A stretch of 64,000 nt of DNA from Akkermansia sp. (GCA_017546445.1 JAFYWX010000002.1:23620-87619), one strand, 5' to 3'; positions 48,568 through 60,758 are shown, numbered from the stretch's first letter. Made by a program: numbers and translations. Notes: generated from the sequence alone by a model not told the origin.

Positions 48568-49452
48568 ATGCCTGAATCTCTTTCCCAACTGGGCGAAAAT
48601 GCCCTGCTGAAGCGCCTGCTCCATAATTTACCGGAAAACGACTCGCTCATCATCGGCCCGGGTGATGACTGCGCCGTTGTTTCCCGGGATGCAGACTGGG
48701 ACACACTGCTGAAAACGGATGTAGTGGTGGAAAAGGTGCATTTTACGCCTGATACTGAGCCGGAGCGCATCGGCAGAAAGGCGCTGGCCAGGGCTGTATC
48801 AGATATTGCGGCTATGGGCGGCATGCCGGAGCACGCGCTCATCACTATCCTGTGCCACCCATCCCGCCCGGTAACGCTGCTGGAGGGCATCTACCGCGGC
48901 ATGGGTAGCCTCGCGCGCCGCTTCGGCATCTCCCTTGCGGGCGGCGAAACCTCCGGGCTGCCTTATGATGGCCTTGTCATCAATGTTGCCCTCACCGGAA
49001 AGGTGGAGCGCGGACAGGCCATTCTGCGCTCCGGGGGCAAGCCTGGTGACCTGCTCTTCGTCTCAGGACTCCTGGGCGGTTCTTTCCCCACCGGATGGCA
49101 TCTCGACTTCGAACCACGCGTAGAGCTCGCCAGAGGTCTCCTGAAGGCCGGGATTCGCCCCTCTGCCATGATGGACCTCTCCGACGGTCTCGGAACCGAT
49201 TTACCGCGTCTGGCGGCTGCCAGCAGGTGTGGTTTTGAGGTGGATGAATCCCGGCTTCCCTGCAGGCCCGGTTTTACCCCCGCAGATGCTGTTTCACACG
49301 GAGAGGACTACGAACTGCTTCTTGCGCTGTCTCCGGATGATGCCGAGAAACTCGCAACTACCACGTTTGCAACAACCTTGCATTACATCGGCTCGCTCAC
49401 CCCGGAGACGGGGGGGAATCTTTCCTCCGGTTGGCAGCATTTTTACCCCTAA
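48568..49452 (+). CDS. thiL: thiamine-monophosphate kinase
   Basis: IGPGDDCAVV, an AIR-synthase-like fold, and GGMPEHALI block. Confidence 0.87.
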   Translation: MPESLSQLGENALLKRLLHNLPENDSLIIGPGDDCAVVSRDADWDTLLKTDVVVEKVHFTPDTEPERIGRKALARAVSDIAAMGGMPEHALITILCHPSRPVTLLEGIYRGMGSLARRFGISLAGGETSGLPYDGLVINVALTGKVERGQAILRSGGKPGDLLFVSGLLGGSFPTGWHLDFEPRVELARGLLKAGIRPSAMMDLSDGLGTDLPRLAAASRCGFEVDESRLPCRPGFTPADAVSHGEDYELLLALSPDDAEKLATTTFATTLHYIGSLTPETGGNLSSGWQHFYP

Positions 49453-49489
49453 AATGCTTGTTCCTAACTGCTAAAGGAAGCTGTTTCTG

Positions 49490-49710
49490 CCTCTCTTTTT
49501 ATTTGTTACAATTTTTCTCATTTTATTTTTTTACATTGATATTACTACACTTGCACATTTTAGACACCTCAGTTCCACACTCCTCACCTCGGGACCGATA
49601 GTGCAGTGCACAAATATCAGGAAAAGTTAACAAATCAATCCCCCCCTGCGAAAAAAAATTATTTACTGTGGAACCCGCATGGAACACCGTCTCCGGGGTG
49701 GAACGATGTA
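49490..49710. promoter_or_regulatory. candidate oriC: AT-rich unwinding region plus clustered DnaA-box-like GTGGAAC repeats
   Basis: Strongly AT-rich tract at about 49490-49560. GTTCCACA at about 49572, then TGTGGAAC (49667), ATGGAAC (49679) and GGTGGAAC (49697) as direct repeats, all immediately upstream of dnaA. Confidence 0.45.
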
Positions 49711-49825
49711 CCGCATGCACAAAAAAATCTTTTTCTGAAGGGCAACCCGTGGCATATTGCACCCCGCCCTCCCCGAGCGGAAGGCAAAACAGACCGAAAC
49801 AAACGAAACGAGACGGGACCAAAAA

Positions 49826-51232
49826 ATGGAGAAAAAAGTACAGGAGAGTGAGACCTTGTGGAAGCAGATCATGGACGTTCTGCGTACCCTTGGTCAAGAG
49901 GGAGAGTATGTGACTGGTCTTGTCTCCGATATGCGTTTACGTGAAGACACGGGTACCAAGCTGATTATCGAATACCCGTCAGACATGCCTTTCTACTGGG
50001 TAGAGATTAACTACGGTGAACGCATAGCCGAAGCAGTAAGCCAGGTTCTGAAGGAACCGCGCCAGCTGGAATATGTGGAGGCCAACGCGGTGGTGGAGGA
50101 AGAGGTGATTGAAGCCGCCCCTGCCCCCATCGTCAGTCTGGAGCCCGCTACACCGGCCCAGCCGGTGCGGAAAGCCCCCCGCCAGCCCCGCCAGAACAAC
50201 AAGATGGTAACCCAGCTGAACGCTGATTACACCTTTGATAACTACGTAGTAGGCACGAACAATCAGTTCGCCTACGCCGCAGCGCAGGCCCTTGTGAATA
50301 CCCAGGGCCGGGCATTCAACCCGCTGTTCATCTATGGCAACTCCGGTATGGGCAAGACCCACCTGCTGCACGCCATTGGCAACGCTCTGCGCGAACGCGA
50401 CAAGAACGTGAAGGTGCTCTACGAGACCAGCGAACAGTTCATGAACTCCTACATCGAGGCTGTGCGCCAGCGTGGTGATGCCCTCGAGCTCTTCCGCAAG
50501 AGATATCGCAGAGTGGATTATCTGCTGATTGACGACGTGCAGTTCATGGCCCGCGCCGATAAGACTCAGGAGGAATTCTTCCACACCTTTAACGCACTCT
50601 TCGAAAGCGGTAAGCAGATTGTGCTGTCTGCAGACTGCCCGGCTTCCCGCATCACCAAGATGGATGACCGCCTGAAGACCCGCTTCTCTCAGGGCATGAC
50701 GGTTGAGCTCACCGCTCCTTGCTATGAAATGCGCCTGGCCATTCTCCGCCAGAAGATGCAGAAGTGGCAGACCAAGCTCCTGAGCGATGAGGTGGTGGAA
50801 TTCCTGGCCCGCAACATCACGCAGTCCGTCCGTACTCTGGAGGGAGCACTTGTTCGCGCCAGCTCCTTTGCCTCGTTCAACAACTGCTGCCCCTCCATCG
50901 CATTCCTGCGCACCAATCTTGCAGACCTCATGGTTCAGCAGGTCACCCAGACCGTGTCCATTGCTGATATCAAGCAGCGCGTGGCCAACGAATTCGGCAT
51001 CCGAGTGGAGGATATCGACAGCCGCCGCCGTCTGGCCTCTCTGGCTCACCCACGCCAGGTTGCCATGTTCCTGGCCCGCAAGCACACCAACGCCTCTCTG
51101 CAGGATATCGGTGCCGCCTTCGGCCGCGATCACACCACGGTGCTGCACGCCCTGCGCAATGTAGAGGCCAAGATGGAAACAGATGCCCCGCTGCGCAACA
51201 TGCTCGACCAGTTCGCCGAAGCCTTCGCGTAA
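49826..51232 (+). CDS. dnaA: chromosomal replication initiator protein DnaA
   Basis: Walker A GNSGMGKTHL, LLIDDVQF, and C-terminal DNA-binding RDHTTVLHA. Start trimmed to MEKKVQ at 49826. Confidence 0.93.
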   Translation: MEKKVQESETLWKQIMDVLRTLGQEGEYVTGLVSDMRLREDTGTKLIIEYPSDMPFYWVEINYGERIAEAVSQVLKEPRQLEYVEANAVVEEEVIEAAPAPIVSLEPATPAQPVRKAPRQPRQNNKMVTQLNADYTFDNYVVGTNNQFAYAAAQALVNTQGRAFNPLFIYGNSGMGKTHLLHAIGNALRERDKNVKVLYETSEQFMNSYIEAVRQRGDALELFRKRYRRVDYLLIDDVQFMARADKTQEEFFHTFNALFESGKQIVLSADCPASRITKMDDRLKTRFSQGMTVELTAPCYEMRLAILRQKMQKWQTKLLSDEVVEFLARNITQSVRTLEGALVRASSFASFNNCCPSIAFLRTNLADLMVQQVTQTVSIADIKQRVANEFGIRVEDIDSRRRLASLAHPRQVAMFLARKHTNASLQDIGAAFGRDHTTVLHALRNVEAKMETDAPLRNMLDQFAEAFA

Positions 51233-51265
51233 CCAGGGTATTATAAATTAACGCTTCTCCCCAAG

Positions 51266-51295
51266 GCCGTTGCTCACCAATATGAGCAACGGCCA
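51266..51295 (+). terminator. hairpin after dnaA
   Basis: GGCCGTTGCTCA-CCAATA-TGAGCAACGGCC. There is no strong T-tract, so the terminator call is tentative. Confidence 0.45.
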
Positions 51296-51471
51296 GTCTC
51301 ATTTCCCCGGCACCGATGGATTACAATTTTTCAGGCTGCTGGCGAGCGTTAGCATACGGAAATTAATCGAGGAGCAGCAAATTACCGTTTGCAAAGTCAC
51401 AGGGATACATATACGAATGACGCTTTGTTGGAAGCCGGCATTTTTTTGTTCGACCGTGGCGCGATTTCGAG

Positions 51472-51500
51472 CTGACAATCAGGCTCAAATCATGTATAAT
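51472..51500 (+). promoter_or_regulatory. sigma70-like promoter directly upstream of dnaE
   Basis: CTGACA, a 17-nt spacer, then TATAAT. The -10 box ends only 11 nt before the dnaE ATG at 51512. Confidence 0.45.
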
Positions 51501-51511
51501 GTCCACGCGTT

Positions 51512-55027
<3,516 letters not shown>

Positions 55028-55032
55028 TACGT

Positions 55033-56199
55033 ATGAAGAAGCAAATCGTTCTCTGGTGCATTCTGGCTATTCTCGGTTTGTTAGGGGGTGGTCTCGGCAA
55101 GATGTATCTGAAACCGCAGGCGCAGGAAGAAACAGCCCCCGCAGAACAGGAGCAGAAAGCGGAGCTGGCTACGGATGCCTTCAGTATCCGTTTCTTCCAG
55201 CACGCGATTACGGAGAAAGCAAGTGGTAACATCCTGGTGGCGCCCCGCATGGTTTCGGATATGCTGCTGGTGTTGCAGGAGCACGCCGCCGGCCAGACGC
55301 TGGAGGAACTGCGGGCACTGAATCTGCAGGCCGCCAGCACCCCCCGCGCCACAGAGCCCTGCTCAGCCATGCTGCTGGCCATGGATTTCAATCTGCCTCG
55401 CAATGATGGCAACCGCGGGGTGATGCCGCTTCCCTTCTCGGAGAATGTCCCCATGGCTCTCAGCCTGTTCAACGGCACCCTGGCCAACGCCACGGGTAAC
55501 GTCAACGGGCAGCTGGCGGCCAGCCAGATGGTAAGCAACCGCACCAAACTACTGCTTGGCGGCACCCTGCACCTGAGCAAGGACTGGGAAATCGCCATCA
55601 ACCCGGCGAATGCCCGCACGGCAGGCTTTGATAATGCTTCCGGCAGCATGCCGACTATTCACCAGATGCGCACCCGCGGGCTGTATCGCACCGCCCAGGC
55701 AGAGGATGGCAGCTGGAAAGCGGTGGCTCTGCCATTCAGGAAGGACCGGGACTCCGGCAGCTCTCTGGTCTACATCGGCATCCTGCCCGCAGGGTCGGCG
55801 CGCGATTTTGCAGCCCAGCTCACCCCGGAGCAGGTAACAGCTATTCGCAAGGCTCTGGCAGACACCACGCCGCAGGATACCCTGGTCGAGCAGCCCCGCC
55901 AGGAGCTGCAGATTCTCCCCTACGATATGCGTGACACCCTGCGCCGCATGGGGCTGAAGGCCTTGTTTGACCCGGAAACAGCCGATTTCTCGCCCATCAC
56001 CTCTGAGAAAATCCAGCTCGGCGCCGCTCTTTTCTCCGCCTCCGTGTATCTGGGCGAATCAAAGGAGCAGCCCAAGGCGGATGCCGCGCTGGATTACGCC
56101 GGCAAGGTCATCTCCTTCACCCGCCCGTACATCTGGCTCATCGCCGACCTGGAGACCAGCACTCCCATCGAATTTTTCGGTTTGGTGGAGGAGCTGTAA
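55033..56199 (+). CDS. serpin-family protein (secreted or lipoprotein)
   Basis: N-terminal hydrophobic signal, NILVAPRMVSDMLLVLQEHAAGQT (serpin helix B/C region), and C-terminal FTRPYIWLIADLETSTPIEFFGLV (serpin signature). Confidence 0.78.
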   Translation: MKKQIVLWCILAILGLLGGGLGKMYLKPQAQEETAPAEQEQKAELATDAFSIRFFQHAITEKASGNILVAPRMVSDMLLVLQEHAAGQTLEELRALNLQAASTPRATEPCSAMLLAMDFNLPRNDGNRGVMPLPFSENVPMALSLFNGTLANATGNVNGQLAASQMVSNRTKLLLGGTLHLSKDWEIAINPANARTAGFDNASGSMPTIHQMRTRGLYRTAQAEDGSWKAVALPFRKDRDSGSSLVYIGILPAGSARDFAAQLTPEQVTAIRKALADTTPQDTLVEQPRQELQILPYDMRDTLRRMGLKALFDPETADFSPITSEKIQLGAALFSASVYLGESKEQPKADAALDYAGKVISFTRPYIWLIADLETSTPIEFFGLVEEL

Positions 56200-56479
56200 A
56201 TCATTCAGGCAGAACAGAGACTCACAACAAGGGCAAGGCGCCAAGCAAATAAGAATAGCACGTTTCCTCATCCTCGAGCAGCAAATCATACTGTCCGGGA
56301 GTCAGGGGAATGTATTCTGCCTGGCGCAGCAGGAATGCAGTAATCTGGAAGAAATCCGGTATCAATTTGAGCGCACTCCAGGCATGCGAACAAAACACAT
56401 GTCTCCCATAGATTTCTCTATTGACTAGTTATATGCGTCGTTTTGGAGCCAGTCCTTTCTTCATCCGCTAAATGGCGAT

Positions 56480-57085
56480 TTAGCGGGCTGATTCCGGCTC
56501 ATCATGTTCGGCTGCAGCCTTCTTCTTCTGCGCCTTCAGCCTGGCCTGATCCTTCTTGAATGCCTGAAGCTGCTTCTTCCACTCATACATATTCACGCCA
56601 CCGGATGCGCCTACAAAATTGCCATCCGCATCCACAATGCAAAGGGACGGCACACCCAGATTCGGGAACTGCACCCCGGGAATACTACCCAGCTCCGCCG
56701 GCATGACTCCAGGGATATCGATATCCCCTTCCTTCATATACTGCTTCACTGCAGCCTCATCCTCCTGTCCCAGGAAAATCAGCTCCATCCTGGCACCCTT
56801 CATCTTGCCATAATCCTTCAGCAATTTGGGCACAAACATCTTACAAGGCACACACCAGCTCGCAGAGCGCAGAAAGCCATAATACTTCGCCTTCAGATTC
56901 GGCTTCTTCCGCGTCAGATATGTACCCTTCAACAACACCTCCGCAACCGGAGATAATTCCTTCACCGCCTTCTTCTTCCCCCGCTGCACACTAGCCACCG
57001 GCACATCCACCTCCGCATCAATCTCCTGAGCATAACCCGTCAAACCGCCACACAACAGAACAAGAATCAAATGAAAAGCCTTCAT
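56480..57085 (-). CDS. secreted TlpA-like thioredoxin-fold protein
   Basis: Signal peptide MKAFHLILVLLCGG, SASWCVPCKMFVPKLL, and a Lys-rich C-terminal tail. Confidence 0.75.
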   Translation of the reverse strand: MKAFHLILVLLCGGLTGYAQEIDAEVDVPVASVQRGKKKAVKELSPVAEVLLKGTYLTRKKPNLKAKYYGFLRSASWCVPCKMFVPKLLKDYGKMKGARMELIFLGQEDEAAVKQYMKEGDIDIPGVMPAELGSIPGVQFPNLGVPSLCIVDADGNFVGASGGVNMYEWKKQLQAFKKDQARLKAQKKKAAAEHDEPESAR

Positions 57086-57200
57086 TGCCCTGAAATATAC
57101 CACACGCCCCCTGCCCCGTGCAACGCAAAAAAAATCCGCCTACCAAACCAAATTCAAAAGCTTGGATTCCGATTCCATTTCTGCTAACATACCACATGAA

Positions 57201-57326
57201 ATGGATTTAGCATTCAACATCGCCCTGATTCAAGGCTACAAAAGCCCCGCCCAGATAGCCAGACGCCTCACCGAAGACTGGCTCGCCCGCAACATGTACT
57301 ACCCCATCTGCGGCGCCGAGGCCTAA
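57201..57326 (+). pseudogene. 41-codon N-terminal remnant of a DpnI-like methyl-directed (GmATC) restriction endonuclease
   Basis: Translation is MDLAFNIALIQGYKSPAQIARRLTEDWLARNMYYPICGAEA*. It aligns, from my recollection of the DpnI N-terminus, with MELHFNLELVETYKSNSQKARILTEDWVYRQSYCPNCG. The frame stops exactly where base composition switches to AT-rich. Confidence 0.5.
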
Positions 57327-57382
57327 AGGCCGAGTACAATAGCATAGAGCATAGAATTTTCATCAGCCGAAATGTTTTCGAC

Positions 57383-57411
57383 TTGGCTTTTATAACTCAA
57401 ACGTGTATACT
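57383..57411 (+). promoter_or_regulatory. possible promoter of the methylase-endonuclease operon
   Basis: TTGGCT, a 17-nt spacer, then TATACT, about 130 nt upstream of the dam ATG. Confidence 0.35.
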
Positions 57412-57543
57412 GCGCGAGGTGTAGTGTCTACCGACTTTAATATATCTCCCAACTCCCAGCCAATAAATATGAATTATCACTCATCATTTATTTTCAAAAC
57501 AGAATTTTTCTCTCCTAATTTTCAAGCCAACTCGTAAAGCTCC

Positions 57544-58383
57544 ATGAAAGAGAACAAATTAGTAACACCTTTTCTCAAATGGGTTGGCGGAAAACGTCAA
57601 CTACTGAATGAAATTACAAGCTTTCTGCCTAAAGACATTAAGCGATTGCAGTACCACGAACCATTTATAGGAGGTGGTGCTGTTTTCTTTGCATTACAAC
57701 CTAAAAATGCGCGTATCAATGATTTTAATGAGGAATTAATTAACGTATACAGGGTCGTAAGAGACTCCCCTTCGGAACTCATTGAAAGCCTTAAAAAGCA
57801 CAAAAATTCGCACGATTATTACTACAGCATACGGGAACAAGATAGGATGCCTCTTTTCTCTGAATTATCCCCAATCGAACGGGCTTCCCGTATCATATAT
57901 CTGAATAAAACGTGTTATAATGGTTTATTCAGAGTTAACAACGCAGGTGAGTTTAATGTGCCATACGGAAAATATAAAAACCCAAATATCGTTAACGAAC
58001 CCGTAATAAGAGCAACAAGCAAATATCTCAACACAAATCAAATAGCGATATTGCATGGTGATTATGCAGAAGCATTGTCTGACATCTCAAGCAAATCCTT
58101 TGTATATCTTGATCCTCCATATCATCCGATATCCGACACATCAAACTTTACTGGATATATCCAAGGCGGATGGAATGCAGATGACCAACTGAGACTTCGC
58201 GATGTATGTATTGAACTCGACAGAAAAGGAGTCAAGTTTCTTTTATCGAATTCCTCCGCGCAAATGATTAAAGATATTTATTCAAATTTTAATATAGAAA
58301 TCGTTTGTGCCAGCAGAGCCATTAATTGTGACGCCAACAAACGTGGCAACGTGGAAGAAGTCCTTATAAGAAACTATGAATAA
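57544..58383 (+). CDS. dam: Dam-family (DpnM-like) N6-adenine DNA methyltransferase, probable GATC specificity
   Basis: FLKWVGGKRQLL, EPFIGGGAVFF (SAM binding) and DPPY catalytic motif. Colinear along its whole length with my recollection of M.DpnII (DpnM). Confidence 0.9.
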   Translation: MKENKLVTPFLKWVGGKRQLLNEITSFLPKDIKRLQYHEPFIGGGAVFFALQPKNARINDFNEELINVYRVVRDSPSELIESLKKHKNSHDYYYSIREQDRMPLFSELSPIERASRIIYLNKTCYNGLFRVNNAGEFNVPYGKYKNPNIVNEPVIRATSKYLNTNQIAILHGDYAEALSDISSKSFVYLDPPYHPISDTSNFTGYIQGGWNADDQLRLRDVCIELDRKGVKFLLSNSSAQMIKDIYSNFNIEIVCASRAINCDANKRGNVEEVLIRNYE

Positions 58384-59713
58384 AAGAACGAAGATTTCCA
58401 AGAATGATGAAGCATGGGAGCAACTTTTCAACAAACATCAGATATTAGATAAAATAAATTCTACAGGTCAATACATCATAAAAGCTGAGGAGATCAATAC
58501 AGTTAGAGAAGCTCGGCTTATGACGAAAATCGATCATGAATATCAACTTCCCAAGATTTTCAAAGACAACGGCCTCTCCATCCTTCCGATATCGCGAGGA
58601 GAGTATATCATCTCTAAAGCCCTAACCTTTACGAAAATCCAAAGTTCCCAAGATTGCAAAATCAAAGAAGTTGAGTTACCTCCGTTTCTTGAGAGCATAT
58701 CTCCTGAAAATATTACCAGCGAAGCGATTGCTCTAAATTCTGCTTACGCAGCAGGTATAATTTCTGATTTTTTAGGTGAAGATAGCACCTATCCAACCCT
58801 CAGTGGTCGAATGGGGTCGGGTGAGTTCTCTTTCGATATCCACTCGAAAGAGAAAAGCATCATAAACATCCATGTTGATAGAGCACAAATGGAAATCGAT
58901 GCCTGTTATGAAGGCGAACGTTGGGTATGTATTATTGAAGCAAAAAACTCTTTTGACGATGATTTCATTATTAGACAATTATATTATCCCTATAGAGCAT
59001 TAACCGCACGATTAAAAAAGTCTATACGCACTGTTTTTTTTACCTATTCTAATGACATATATCATTTAAGAGAGTACAAGTTTGACACACCACAAAACTA
59101 CAATTCTATTTCATTTGTAGGAGAAAAGCGCTATAGGATCAAGAGAAAAGATGAAGAAATTACAATCAACATAGAATCTATACAGAATCTAGCCAAGAGC
59201 ATCCTCAACCAGCAAGAACCAGAGGGAATTCCATTCCCCCAAGCTGATAACTTTGAACGCATCATCTATCTTTGTGAAATAATCCATCGTAATAACAGTA
59301 GATATACAAAATCTGATCTTTCAATAAATTCGGACTTTACACTTCAAGATAATTTTGACCCAAGGCAGGTTGACTATTACACAAATGCTGCTCAATATTT
59401 AGGACTTATAAGCAAGAATGTCTGTAATAAAAAGATAAGTTACTCACTGACACCCCAGGGTACAGATATATTCAATACTACAGATTACTCGAAAAGGCAA
59501 CTTCAACTTATACGGTGCATACTGGAACACTCTAGTTTCCGTGAGACATTGAATCTCTATCTACACAAAGCGGAGATACCAAGCATTGAGGAAATAGTGC
59601 AGATAATGAAAAATAGGAATCTGTACAAAGTCTCAGCCGATTCTACTTATAAGCGGCGCGCTCAAACTGTCAAGTCATGGGTTAATTGGATCGTGGGAAC
59701 AATAAATGAATAA
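58376..59713 (+). CDS. type II restriction endonuclease candidate (PD-(D/E)xK) with a C-terminal extension
   Basis: 8-nt overlap with the dam stop. EIDACYEGERWVCIIEAKNS fits D...(D/E)xK. It does not resemble DpnII/MboI or Sau3AI as I recall them. Confidence 0.6.
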   Translation: MNKRTKISKNDEAWEQLFNKHQILDKINSTGQYIIKAEEINTVREARLMTKIDHEYQLPKIFKDNGLSILPISRGEYIISKALTFTKIQSSQDCKIKEVELPPFLESISPENITSEAIALNSAYAAGIISDFLGEDSTYPTLSGRMGSGEFSFDIHSKEKSIINIHVDRAQMEIDACYEGERWVCIIEAKNSFDDDFIIRQLYYPYRALTARLKKSIRTVFFTYSNDIYHLREYKFDTPQNYNSISFVGEKRYRIKRKDEEITINIESIQNLAKSILNQQEPEGIPFPQADNFERIIYLCEIIHRNNSRYTKSDLSINSDFTLQDNFDPRQVDYYTNAAQYLGLISKNVCNKKISYSLTPQGTDIFNTTDYSKRQLQLIRCILEHSSFRETLNLYLHKAEIPSIEEIVQIMKNRNLYKVSADSTYKRRAQTVKSWVNWIVGTINE

Positions 59714-59730
59714 CAGCAGCCCGCTTCTTA

Positions 59731-60192
59731 TTACACCCCCGGTCCAAAGCACTTTTCAAAGCGTCTAACACCTTCATCATCCCACAAGCTAGGCTCAAGA
59801 ACCACTGGTATACGCAAATCTATCTTTCCAGATTCGCCTTCGGGAAGAGGATTGTTCTTATACCACTTATCTGCCATTTTTGATGCATCCGCAAATGATT
59901 CGCCATCGATGATATGCAATTTGCCAGGATGCTCCCAGCAGGGTTCAAAACAGTATTCGTCAATTCGATAGGCAGCGGCATCCTCTCCCATATAGTCAGC
60001 CAGAACATCAAATGCGCAGTATTGCCCTTGGCGAATATCCTGACAAAATTCAAAAGGGCCATCAGGTTCTTCCTGATACACTCGCTCAATGGATAAGCGT
60101 TCGCCGTCCTTGTACAGAGCCAGCATCATGTAGCGGCATCCGTTCTCATCCATGCCGCATTCAAAGTTTTTCAAGCAATAATAGTAATTCAC
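59731..60192 (-). CDS. hypothetical Cys-rich acidic protein
   Basis: 153-aa ORF with a GTG start, convergent with the endonuclease gene and divergent from the HTH gene. No motif recognised. Confidence 0.45.
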   Translation of the reverse strand: MNYYYCLKNFECGMDENGCRYMMLALYKDGERLSIERVYQEEPDGPFEFCQDIRQGQYCAFDVLADYMGEDAAAYRIDEYCFEPCWEHPGKLHIIDGESFADASKMADKWYKNNPLPEGESGKIDLRIPVVLEPSLWDDEGVRRFEKCFGPGV

Positions 60193-60225
60193 AATTCCCC
60201 CTTTTCAGACATTCCGTATCACTTT

Positions 60226-60357
60226 AATCCATTTTTATGGATTTCCCGGAAGAATATAACCCAGTTTCCGAGATTCGTCAATCTTTATATTTCTCTTCTG
60301 GCAGATTTTACCATCCATCAATATGGATTTTCTCTTGCATACGTCCATCATAATGGA
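60226..60357. promoter_or_regulatory. three TCCAT-N4-ATGGA inverted-repeat operators
   Basis: AATCCAT-TTTT-ATGGATT (60226-60243), ATCCAT-CAAT-ATGGAT (60313-60328) and TCCAT-CATA-ATGGA (60344-60357), in the divergent intergenic region. Confidence 0.55.
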
Positions 60358-60369
60358 TAAAATCTCCCC

Positions 60370-60675
60370 ATGCCGACATTGGAAAGAATCATAGAGTGGC
60401 AGAAGGCTCACGGAATCAGCCGACGGGAGCTGGCAGACATGTTACACGTGAACTACAAGGCACTCTGCCCGGTTTTGGCTGGCACCAAGCCGCTGACAGC
60501 GCGTCTAGCAGCCCGAATTGCCGATCTCATGGAACGGTACAATAACGGTCTCACAGTCACCCTTCCCCACGAGTATGAGCCACTTCTCACCACTTGGGCA
60601 GCAACTGCCAACATCAGCATCGATGAACTGGTGGCACAGCTGCTAGCAGATGCACTGAAGATTAAGCGAGGCTAA
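60370..60675 (+). CDS. small HTH (XRE-like) DNA-binding protein with a helical C-terminal tail
   Basis: HGISRRELADMLHVNYKALCPVLAG helix-turn-helix. The C-terminal ISIDELVAQLLADALK is antitoxin/RHH-like. Confidence 0.6.
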   Translation: MPTLERIIEWQKAHGISRRELADMLHVNYKALCPVLAGTKPLTARLAARIADLMERYNNGLTVTLPHEYEPLLTTWAATANISIDELVAQLLADALKIKRG

Positions 60676-60704
60676 TTTTTGCTTAAACAAGATGACATTA
60701 AAAA

Positions 60705-60735
60705 GGTGGATTTGTCTGAAACAGATTAGCCCACC
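60705..60735. terminator. imperfect hairpin between convergent genes
   Basis: GGTGGATTTGTCTG-AAA-CAGATTAGCCCACC. Confidence 0.35.
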
Positions 60736-60758
60736 GAGAGTGTTTATTATCAAGCCTC

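Noticed and set aside
56465-56486. Hairpin CCGCTAAAT-GGCG-ATTTAGCGG overlapping the stop of the thioredoxin-like gene, considered as a terminator.
   Set aside because: No T-tract follows on the transcribed (minus) strand. The evidence is too weak to call it a terminator.
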